From Chiloscyllium plagiosum (Eukaryota), in contig NC_057757.1 in assembly GCF_004010195.1 (NCBI RefSeq), forward strand, positions 3,106,967 through 3,170,966: a DNA stretch of 64,000 nucleotides, written 5' to 3'. The translations under genes were made by a program, and so were the position numbers. Of the stretch, positions 53,681-64,000 are shown piece after piece. The first letter of the stretch is position 1. The number at the start of each line of letters is the position of its first letter. The notes beneath the pieces were generated by a model, which did no database searches, had not been told where the DNA came from, and worked only from the letters and a program-made list of their open reading frames with translations.

Positions 53681-54242
53681 ATGCCCTTTGGAGGGGTTGG
53701 CGAGGACTCAATGGGTCAAATGGCCTGTTTCCTCATTGTTGGAATTCTATGATTCTATAATTTCCTTGGGGATTTGTCAGTCTTTAATTATAATAATTTT
53801 CTTATTAACCTTTCCCTAACGATTGTAACTGTTTAATTTCCTACCTCCCTTTCACCTCTGTGATTATTTCTGAGATAATAATTCTATCCCCTACAGTGAA
53901 GGCAGACACAAGATCTCCATTTAGTTGATCTGACAATTCCTAGTTCTCCATTAATGGTTCCTCAGATTCACTGTCTGGAATAGAGACCACCACTACCTGT
54001 GGGTTATTCTCCAAGTTGCTCACCATTCTGACTTGGAAATACTGACTCACTGATGTTGATAGCCCTGAAGTATGCCATTCGGCCCATCGTGCCCACCTTG
54101 TCTAATCAGATCTGAACACACACGAATCCAATTTCCCAGCTTTGATCCCACAACTATGGCAGTGCAAGTGACTGGTGAAAGACACGCTGAAATGTTTTGC
54201 AAATTACCCACTCAGGCACTGAGACACCCATGACCATGTGAA

Positions 54243-55475
54243 CCCGGCATGATGGTTCAGTGGTTAGTTCAGCTGCCTCATCAGCGCCAAGGACCCGGGT
54301 TCGATTCCAACCTCAGGCAACTATCTGTGAGGAGATTGCACATTCTCCCCATGTCTGCGTGGATTTGCTCTGGTTTCTCTGCCAAAGATGTGCATGCTGA
54401 ACTGCCCCCATAGTGTACAGTGATGTGTAGGTTAGGTAAATTAATCAGGGGAAATGTAGAGTAATAGGGGAGGGGAATGGGTCTGGGCGGGTTACTCTTC
54501 AGAAGGTCGGGGTAGACTTGTTGGGCCTGTTTCCACACTGTAGGGATTCTATGATGAGAATTTATTAAAACACTACAGTTTAAACATGAACAGAAGAAAA
54601 CTGAATTTAGAATAACTAGTGGAAAAGGTAACTGATGTGATACAGTAACTATTACTCATTAACTGTTCCAGTTCAGTAGCATCCCACAAACACATCTCTT
54701 GTCAAAAAGGTAAATTCAAACACAGATTCTTACAGGCAGGAGGGAAGAACATGCACATGGATAGCATTTAGTTGAGGGGTGCGTAGGTTAAGTTACTATA
54801 TTTTACATTAGGATTAAATCTCGGCACAACATCGTGGGCCAAAGGGTCTGTTCTGTGCTGTGAATTTCTATAAAAGATTTCAGGAGACGGTCAGAGGAGT
54901 TCTTTACTGAAGGTTGCAACTCCCCTGGACTCCCACATCTTGTGACTGCTCCAGCTAAACCAAACTAGAAGCAACCTGAACTGGGAGAACTGGCCACTCC
55001 CCTGACATCGTTAAACTCGACACTTTTTTACCTCTGTTGCAAAAAACCAAGGACCAACTAACCTTCTTAAGGTAGCAACATCATTACAAAAGTCCACCAA
55101 TCATGTCCTAACCAGTGTTTTATACAATTTCAGAATAACTCCCTTTTACTTGTATTTGATGCCTCGGCTAATGGAACAGTGGCTCAGCGGTTTGTGTCAC
55201 TGTCTCATAGCGCCATGGTTTGGGTTCGATCGCACGTCCGGGTGACTGTGTGGAGTTTGCATGTTCTCCTTGTGTACGCATGGGTTTCCTCCTGAAGTCC
55301 AAGGATGTACAGGTTAGGTGCTAAATTGCCCCATGGCATCCAGGGATTTGCAGGCTATGTGGGAAGTACAGAGATCGGGTAGAGAGGTGGGTCTGGGTAG
55401 GATGCTCTTCGGAAGCTTGGTTTAGACTTAATGGGCCGAATAGCCTGCTTCTATACTGTAGGGATTCTATGACTC
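54243..55475. mobile_element. Two V-SINEs (+; 54243-54553, 55172-55475) flanking a partial family-2 LTR (54560-55088)
   Basis: SINE heads and tails; LTR similarity to ~20510-20964. Confidence 0.7.
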
Positions 55476-56165
55476 CAATGGAGTCATGTATTCCATATGC
55501 CTTCCTACCAACCTGCCCAGAAGTCTTTGGGTGTTCAACCATGGTCCCTCTGCTTCCCATCGTCTGATCATTCTCAATGTCATCTCTTGCCTTTTTGGAT
55601 TGAATTCCATTTGCCACTGTTCTACTCAGCTGACCAGTCCATTGCTATCCTCCTGCAGTTTAAGGTTGTCCTCACTATTTACCACCTAACTAATTTTCAT
55701 CTCATCAGTGAACTTCTCGATCATAGCATGTTACAATTAAGTCCAGTTCATTTACGTACACACAACAAACAGCCAGGTCACAGAAACATCCCTCTAGAAT
55801 CATCACCTATGGGTGCAGGAACATGATTCTTTGAGGTTTGTGACACATATAGGCAGGGCAGTTAAAAAGATGCTTGGCACACTTGCTTTCATTGCTCAGT
55901 CCTTTGAGTATAGGAGTTGGGACGTCATGTTGAAGTTGTACAGGATGTTGGTGAGGCCTGTTCTGGAGAACTGTGTCCAGTTCTGGTCACCCTGTTATAG
56001 GAAGGATGTTATCAAGGTGGAGAGGACTCAGAAGAGATTTACCAGGTTGTTGCTGGGTATGGAGGGTTTGAGTTATAAAGAAAGGCTGGATACGTTGTGA
56101 CTTTTTTCACTTGAGTGTAGGACGTTGAGAGGCGACGTGATAGAAGATTATAAAATAATGAGAGG

Positions 56166-56846
56166 TGTGGGAAAAGATCTGCCACCCTGCCTACCCATAT
56201 AGCAGGCCCACACTGAACACAGGAAACTTGGCCAAACTATACCAGAAATGCCCAGAATGCCTCAGCAGTGACCAAACAGGCTGACAAGCGAAACCAGACA
56301 GCACTCGCAGACACTTCCCAACACCCACTAACAATGCCAGATCAACACAGCTGTCCCAAAGTCCCGAGGACAGTCTCATAACACAGCAATACCAACGCCA
56401 CACAAAGAACAGATGGAGAGACACCATCATACCTTGCACCCAGGACAGGAACAATGGAATTCTCACCGACCTGCAAAGAGAGCTAGAATCTCCTGATCCC
56501 ATCAAGAACTCATGGATACTGTCCAGGATGGTACATTGTATCGTCAATCAGGACATTCTTCCGATAACTGCTTCTCAATTATCACCATTGTAGCTGGATT
56601 ACTCCATTTCCAAATACATTGTATCTTTCCCCATTTCTAATCAACCTTATTGTATAAGATTATTATAAAACCTGGCTTCTTCCTCAGCTCGAGGAAGAGA
56701 ACCCTTGATCTACCTGCACAGACCGTCGGTTCTGTGTCAGCCCAGTCAATTTCTCTTCCAGCGATCTTGCTTGTAATAAGCAGCTTGTCAATTTCACCTG
56801 ATCTGGTTTGTGCGGCCTCTGCTTCATTGGGCTAATTTCTCCGACA
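56166..56846. mobile_element. Solo LTR, family 3, with 5-bp TSD, splitting a CR1 (55810-57195)
   Basis: aatg agagg|tgtggg...ctccgaca|agggg tatagatag; removing it restores the CR1 sequence. Confidence 0.7.
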
Positions 56847-57344
56847 AGGGGTATAGATAGAGTTGATGATACTTGTCTTTTCCCTAGGGTGGGGGTACAA
56901 GACTAGGGGGCACATTTTTACGGCGAGAGGAGAAAGATGTAAAAAATATACAACGTGCAACGTTTTTACACAGAGAGAGTAGTTTGTGTGTGGAATAAAC
57001 TTCTGGAGGAAGTGGTGGATGTGGGTACAGTTACAACATTTAAAAGACATTTGGATAAGTACATGAGTAGGAAAGGTTTAGAGGGATATGAGTCAGGAGC
57101 AGGTAGGTGGGGCTAGTTTAGTTTGGGAACATGGGCCAACATGGACTGGTTGGACTGAAGTGTCTGCGTCCATGCTGTGAGACTGTATGACTCTAAAACT
57201 CTGCTACCACCCTCTGATTACTGCCTCTCATCAGCTTTGGATCTAATATGCCACTTCGCCTCAGATCTCACAGGCTCTTGTCTTCTCAGCTATTCTGTCA
57301 GTGTCATTGGGTCAAAATCCTGCGACTCCCCCCGCTATTGGAAC

Positions 57345-58128
57345 ACTATGGGTGAATGTACAACAGGGTCTACAATTTTGGGAAGACAAATCAGGGCAGG
57401 ACTTATGCTGAATGGTAAGGTCCTGGGGAGTGTTGCTGAACAACGAGACCTTGGAGTGCAGGTTCATAGCTCCTTGAAAGTAGAGTCACAGGTGGATAGG
57501 ATAGTGAAGAAGGCATTTGGTATGCTTACCTTTCTTGATCAATGCATTGAGTATAGGAGTTGGGAGACTATGTTGTGGCTGTACAGGACATTGGTTAGGC
57601 CACTATTGGAATACTCTGTGTAATTCTGGTCTCCCTGCTATAGAAAAGATGTTGTGAAACTTGAAAGGGTTCAGAAAAGATTTGCAAGGATGTTTCCAGG
57701 GTTGGAGGGTTTGAGCTACAGGGAAAGGCTGAATGGACTGGGGTGTCATCGGCTGACGAGTGACCTTATAGAGATTTATAAAATCACGAGGAGCATGGAA
57801 AGGATCTTTTTCCTAGGGTGGGGTAGTCCAAAACTAGAGGGGCATAGGTTAAGGTGAGAGGGGAAAGATTTGAAATGGACCCAAGGGACAACATTTTCAT
57901 GTAGAGAGTGGTGCGTATATGGAATGAGCTGCCAGAAGAAGTGGTGGAGGCTGGTACAATTACAGCATTTAAAAAAGCATTTGGATGGGTATATGAATAG
58001 GAAGGGTTTAGAGGGATATGGGCCAAATGCAGGCAAATGGGACTAGATTCATTTAGGATATCTGGTCAGCATGAACGAGGTGGGCTGAAGGGTCTGTTTC
58101 TGTGCTGTATATTTCTAAGTCTCTATGA
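57345..58128 (+). mobile_element. CR1/HER1 LINE 3' end
   Basis: EQRDLGVQVHSSLKVESQVDRIVKKAFG... Confidence 0.9.
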
Positions 58129-59199
58129 CTAGTCGATGGCCAGAACCTACATGTGACTCCAGGCCCTTGGAATGTGGTTGACACTTATTGGCCCTCTGGG
58201 CAATTAGGGATGGGCAATACATGCTGATCCCATGCACATCCCATGAATGAATAAGGGAAAAGGGTAAACATGAGAGCCACAACTATTGAATATCTTGAGG
58301 AGAATGGATATTGGAAGAGACTGAGGCACATGGTTTAAGACAGAGATGAAGAGACTTTTTTTTTCTCTCAGACAATCATGAAATCTCTCCCCCAGAGAGC
58401 ATTGGAGGCCTGATCACAAAATACGTTCAAGGCCCAATTAGACAAGAGTTTTAATAAACAACAGATTTGATGGTTGTGGGTGAACTGGCAGAAAAGAGTG
58501 ATCACAACCAGATCAGCAATGATCTTAATGAATGGTGGAGGAGGCTCAAAGGATCAACTATAGGAGTGAGGAGCAGCAAGAGGCCATTCAGCCCCTTGAG
58601 CCTGCTGTGCCATTCAATAAGATCATGGCTGATGTGATATATATGCATGACTGCATACTCGCCCCCAATAACCTTTCACCCTCTTGTTTATCAAGAACCT
58701 ACCTGCCCCTATCTTAAGAAATATTCAAAGACTCTGCTTCCACAGGATGAGAGTTCCACAGAGTCATGGCTCTCTGAGCGAAAAGAATTCTCTTCAACTC
58801 AGTCTTAAATGGATGGAGCTTTATTTTCAAACAGTAACCCTTAGTTCTTGACGCCCCTCTATGAAACAACACTTTCACCACATCAACCCTGTCAAGACAC
58901 CTCGGGATCTTATTTATTTCAGTCAAGCCACCCCTTACTATTTCAAATTCCAATGAATGCAAGCCCAGTCTGTCCAACTTTCCTCACAAGGGAACCCATC
59001 CATTCAAGGGGTTAGTCTGGTAAACCCTCTCTGAACTGCTTTTCATGAATTTGCAACCTTCCTTAAATAAGGAGACCTGTACTCTCTATAATTGCTGCAT
59101 ACCCACTCTATTTTTGTACTCAATCCCCTCCACAAACAGTAGCATTCTGTTAGCAACTGTGATGCTCTATTAGAAACAGTAGCATTTCATTTAAAATTA

Positions 59200-60111
59200 C
59201 CGTATATACTTATGTAAACGTTGAATTTTTTAGGCTATTTTTAAAGGTTCAATTTATAGGGTCGACTATTACACGGGCACTAGTTTTGAGGGGCTGAAAT
59301 TCATGCTGCAGTTCGAAATACCATATTATTAGCAGAAGTCGATTTGATCGCTCAACTAATCTCGGGTAAAGAAGAAAAACACAACAAATTATGTTAAAAG
59401 CCAGAAGAAGGTAATTACCAAATGAAAGCGAGAGTAACAAGAATGAATTACTGGTAGGAAATTTTATTTTTACATACCGGTACGAAAATTTAACATGTCA
59501 AAGATTTATTGAAATCCTGCAAAGTCACACTGTTCAACATCATCATTGCCTGGTATAGTGTCACACTTAAAATGAAACATTTATTCAATTCTTCAATTTT
59601 CCTCCCATTTACTCTCGGATGTAATGAACCTCAGCAACATTAACAAATTTGTCAAAGAACTAAAGATATATGTAGCTAATATATCTCGCTTTTAGTCAGA
59701 TATAATGGCACAATTAAAATAATTAACTTTTTAATGATATTAACTTTTGGAAGTATAGCGAACAAAGGATAATAAGCTCTGATGGACTTAGTATCAGTCT
59801 GAATGAATGAATGAATGAATCAAAACATTCTGTGGTAAACCAAGTGGGCTAAGTAGACTCATGAATGACTGAATAGAGACGCAATACAGTAAACAAAGAG
59901 CGATGAGTAGAGATACTGGTATGAATGAATGAATGCAATTTTGTTTAAGTGGGTTAATGGGAACATGCAATTTCCTTTTTAAGAGGTTTATAATGTGATA
60001 TAGTCGGGTCAACTTTTACACAAGCTGCTATTTATGGAAAATACAAGATTTCTTGGCCAAAGTAAGGGGTCGACTTTTACATGAGGTTGACTTTGACACA
60101 AGTATACATGG
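59200..60111. mobile_element. Non-autonomous Tc1/mariner (Tc2-like) DNA transposon
   Basis: Imperfect TIRs ccgtatatacttatgtaaacgttga / ttgactttgacacaagtatacatgg; TA on the left; subterminal gggtcgact..tac repeats; no transposase. Confidence 0.6.
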
Positions 60112-60259
60112 TCGTAACCTTCTAATAGAAATAATAACATTCTATTAGAAACAGTAACATTTCATTAGAAACAAGAACATTTCAATAGAATTAGTACCCT
60201 TCTATTAGAAATAATAACATTATCAGAAAGAGTGACATTATATTAGAAACAATAACATT

Positions 60260-60888
60260 CATAGAGCCATAGAGATGTACAGCACGGAAACAGACCCTTC
60301 AGTCCAACCCGTCCATGCTGACCAGGTATCCCAACCCAATCTAGTCCCACCTGTCAGCACCTGGCCCATATCCCTCCAAATCCATCCTATTCATATACCC
60401 GTCCAGATGCCTTTTAAATGTTGCAATTATACTAGCCTCCACCACTTCCTCTGGCAGCTCATTCCATACACGTGCCACCCTCTGCGTAAAAACGTTGCCT
60501 CTTAGGTCTCTTTTATATCTTTCCCCTCTCACCCTAAATCTATGCCCTCTAGTTCTAGACTCCCCCACCCCAGGGAAAAGACTTTGTCTATCTATAAAAG
60601 GTCAGTTAGACTCGAAACGTCAGCTCTTTTCTCTCCTTACAGATGCTGCCAGACCTGCTGAGATTTTCCAGCATTTTCTTTTTTTGTTTCAGATTCCAGC
60701 ATCTGCAGTAATTTGCTTTTATACTTTGTCTACTTATCCTATCCATACTCCTCATGATTTTACAAACTTCTATAAGGTCACCCCTCAGCCTCCGACATTC
60801 CAGGGAATACAGCCCTAGCCTATTCAACCTTTCCCTATAGCTCAAATCCTCCAACCCTGGCAACTTCCTCATAAATCTTTTCTGAACC
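60260..60888 (-). mobile_element. CR1/HER1 3' end with a PLE-terminus insertion (60591-60722, TSD actttgtcta)
   Basis: actttgtcta at 60581-60590 and 60723-60732. Confidence 0.85.
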
Positions 60889-60956
60889 ATTCTACTAGAA
60901 ACAGTAATAATCTATTAGAAATAATGACATTATCTTCGAAACAGTAACTTTTTTTT

Positions 60957-61269
60957 AGATTACTTACAGTGTGGAAATGGACCCTTCGGCCCAACAAGTC
61001 CACACTAACCCGCCGAAGCGCAACCCACCCAGACCCATTCCCCTACATTTACCCCTTCACCAAACACTACAGGCAATTTAGCACAGCCAATTCACCTCAC
61101 CTGCACATTTTTGGACTGTGGGAGGAAACCGGAGGACCCAGAGGAAACCCACGCAGACACAGGGAGCAACGTGCAACCTCCACACAGTCAGTCGCCTGAG
61201 GCGGGAATTGAACCCGGGTCTCTAGCGCTGTGAGGCAGCAGTGCTAACCACTGTGCCACCGTGCTGCCC
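60957..61269 (-). mobile_element. Full-length V-SINE
   Basis: Head gggcagcacggtggcacagtggttagc on -, tail ctgtaagtaatcta. Confidence 0.88.
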
Positions 61270-62042
61270 ACAAATAATAATTAGTAACATTCTATTTGAA
61301 ACAATAACAATCTGTTATAACTAGTGAGCTACTTCAAGGGATGACAGTGTACAGGCAATGCCAAACGTTTAAGAAATGCACGGGAGGACAGCAATAACTG
61401 CTTATTCCTGTCCAGCACAAAAGTAAAATGAGTAAGAGTGCCAATCCATGTCTGACAAAGGAAATTAGAGGTAGTATCTGATCCAAGGAAGAAGCATACA
61501 GATTGGCCAAGAAAAACAATAGGTCTCAGGATTGGGAACAGTTTAGAATTCAGCAAAGAAGGATCAAGGGATTGATGAAGAAGGAGAAAATACAATACAA
61601 AAATAAGCTTGAGGGAGCATGAAGACTGGCATCTCTATCAGTATGTGAAGAGAAAGAGATGGGGACAAAGAAATGACTGAGCAATTAAATATATATTTTG
61701 GTTCTGTCTTCACAAAAGGGAACACAAATCAGATACCAGAAATGTTGGAGAACATAAGATTTAGTGAGAGGTAGGAACTGAGGGAGGTCAATATTAGTAG
61801 AGAAATGGTGTGGGAAAATATGATGAGATTGAAAGTAGATAAATCCCCAAGTCCTGATAATCTACATCTCAGAAAGTGGCTCTCAAAATAACGGATGCAT
61901 TGGTGGTCATTTTCCAGGATTCGATAGACTCCGGAATAGTCCCTGTAGATTGGAAGATAGCTAATGTCATTCCAATATTTAAAAAGGGAGGTAGAAAGAA
62001 ACCAGGTAATTATAGACCAGTGTTATGAAGTTGAAGGCTAAT

Positions 62043-62239
62043 ATAAAGTTAAAAATCACACAACACCAGGTTATAATCCAACAGGTTTAATTGGAAGCAC
62101 ACTAGCTTTCGGAGCTCCGCTCCTTCATCAGGCGGCGCTCCGAAAGCTAGTGTGCTTCCAATTAAACCTGGTGGATTATAACCTGGTGTTGTGTGATTTT
62201 TAACTTTGTACAACTCAGTCCAACACCGACATCTCCAAA
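62043..62239. mobile_element. Palindromic PLE-terminus element (71-bp arms) with 11-bp TSD
   Basis: Arms 62045-62115 and 62137-62207 differ at one base; tgaaggctaat/tgaagactaat flanks. Confidence 0.85.
62103..62131 (-). ncRNA. Minimal type I hammerhead ribozyme core (different sequence family)
   Basis: CUGAUGA-A-GGAGC-GGA-GCUCC-GAAAG-CUA on -, with palindromic AGCU stem III and CGC/GUG stem I. Confidence 0.75.
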
Positions 62240-62556
62240 TGAAGACTAATGCTGTACCTTTAAGAGAAGGTGAAAGCTGTTTTGCACTGAGAGCTTGCAG
62301 GCACCTGACATGTAACTGACTAGCAGTCTCAGAGTGTACTGGAAAATTAAAAATATGCAACATTTGGCTGTGAAACAAAGACATGAGTTTTGGTTGCTTT
62401 GTTTACAACCATTCAATTTTAACCAATCAGTTTAAATTATGCCCCAGGATACTAAAACCCAATCAATTTTACATTTATTGTTTTGCCAACATTGAACCAA
62501 TGAGACAATCCAATCCAATGTTTGGGGTATAAAGAAACAGACATTTTGAGAGTTTG

Positions 62557-62990
62557 ATTAGATTAGATTCCCTACAATGTTGAAACAGGTCCTTCGGCCC
62601 AACAAGTCCACACCAACCCTCCGAAGAGCGACCCACCCAGACCCATTCCCCTACATTTACCACTGACTAATGCACCTAATACTACGGATAATTTAGCATG
62701 GCCAATTCACCTAACCTGCACATCTTCGGACTGTGGGAGGAAACCAGAGCACCTTGAGGAAACCCATGCAGACACGGGGAGAATATGCAAACTCCACACA
62801 GACAGTCACCCGAGGCTGGATTCAAACCTGGGACCTTGGTGCTGTGAGGCAGCAGTGCTAACCACTGAGCCACCGTGGCGCCCCTAAAATCAGATTCTAC
62901 CATGGTGGGATTTGAACCCAAGTCCCCAAAACATGCGCCGAGTTTCTGGATTAATAGCCCAGGAATAATACCACTAGGCCATACTGCCCT
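62557..62990 (-). mobile_element. V-SINE (62557-62884) adjoining a head of the second SINE family (62885-62990), inside the LTR
   Basis: (atcta)n tail, V-domain and head; agggcagtatggcctagtggtatta head on -. Confidence 0.8.
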
Positions 62991-64000
62991 ATACATTTGT
63001 GAGAGAGTTAGTGAGAGAGAACAACTGCCATTGTCAGAGTAACTGCCAGCAACACACTCTCTATCAAAGGTAACTTTTTCATATGAAACATCTTAGCAAC
63101 AAAAGACCAAAGACAACCCAGACAGCAAGAGGAAGACATACACCGGAGACGACAGCTGCTGTCTGGTTTTGAAATTAAGTTGATGTAATTTTAGTATGAG
63201 TGGTTATTGGAACAGTATGTAGTTATAGAAGTGGAGGCAGATAACAAGCAGTTAAGAGAAAGGAAGCTTAGAGTTGTGAATAGTTATTGTTCAATGTTCA
63301 CTTTTAGAGTTAAAGAATAAATTAATATTTTTTATTTAAATAGTGGAATTTGGGAGTTCTCTGTCACTCAGACTTTAACAGATTATGAGGCGAGGTGAGC
63401 TTTTCTGGGTGTTTGGTTTAATTAGCAGAGAGTTAACCGCCATGTCGTAACACTCGTAAGTCTAAAATCGGTGGTGAGGAAAATTCTTGAATCCATTATC
63501 AAGGACCTTATGGTGAAGCATATAGAAAGCAGTGGCAAGGTCAGACAGAGTCAGTGTAGATTTATGAAGGGGAAATCATGCTTGACAAATCTGTTGGAAG
63601 TCTATGAAGATGTAATGAGTAGAGTTGAAAGGGAGAGCTAGTCAATGTGGTACATTTGGACTTTCAGAAAACGTTTGACAAAGTCCCACATAAGAGACTG
63701 CTGTGCAAGATTACAGTGTATGGGATTGGGGAAAGTCTACTGAGATAGCTAGGAAACTGGTTGGTAGAGGGGAAAAGACAAAGAGTAGGAATTTATGGAT
63801 CCTTTTCAAATCAGCAGGCACTAACTAGTGGGGTGCCACAGGGATCAGTGCTTGGACCCCAACTATTCACAATATGTAGTAATGATTTGGATGAGGGAAC
63901 AAAATGCAACATGTCAAAGCTTGCAGATGATACCAAGTTGGGTGGGAGGGTGAACTGTGACAAGGATGCAGAGATCCTTCAGCACGATCTGGATAGGTTG

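Larger units (their letters stand above)
59135..61320. repeat. 20-bp minisatellite (tattagaaacagtaacattc) broken by MITE, CR1 and SINE insertions
   Basis: Units at ~59135-59195, 60115-60260, 60885-60950 and 61270-61320. Confidence 0.75.
62021..63452 (+). mobile_element. Solo LTR, family 1, carrying nested insertions
   Basis: ccag|tgttatgaag...gtcgtaaca|ctcg; the 4 extra bases match a decayed 4-bp TSD in CR1 tatagaccag/taagtct. Confidence 0.8.
61325..64000 (+). mobile_element. Degenerate CR1 ORF2 interrupted by a solo LTR
   Basis: DKSPSPD...DWKIANVIPIFKKG..KPGNYRP | VSL.SVV.KILES...GKSCLTNLLE...DFQK.FDKVPH...SGVPQGSVLGP...ADDTKLGG. Confidence 0.85.

Noticed and set aside
56190..56835. Protein-like reading frames (KCPECL...; KLTSCLLQARSLEEK)
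   Set aside because: They lie within the TG..CA, TSD-flanked solo LTR; no recognisable homology.

Overview
Repeat-rich vertebrate genomic DNA. The V-SINE/HE1-type SINEs, HER1/CR1-type LINEs and typical minisatellites point to an elasmobranch (shark); this is an inference. Two protein-coding genes converge. A complete 4-exon GPR83-like class A GPCR lies on + (1168-17508, 406 aa). A PRSS55-like trypsin-family serine protease lies on - (four exons, 45051-39514; the signal-peptide exon was not located). The rest is mostly nested transposon debris: CR1 and Rex1-type LINEs, two SINE families, three solo-LTR families, a Tc2-like MITE, several minisatellites and an 816-nt N gap. The most notable hidden signal is a dispersed set of short Penelope-like element (PLE) termini carrying minimal hammerhead-ribozyme cores. 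Three cores look intact, several copies are fold-back or TSD-flanked, and one is physically linked to GIY-YIG coding sequence like that of a Neptune-type RT/GIY-YIG element in the same window. Also notable: an inverted duplication flanking GPCR exon 3, an atypical zymogen activation region in the protease, and a possible unannotated minus-strand exon cluster at 19.6-20.1 kb. Repeat boundaries are approximate unless TSDs are given.
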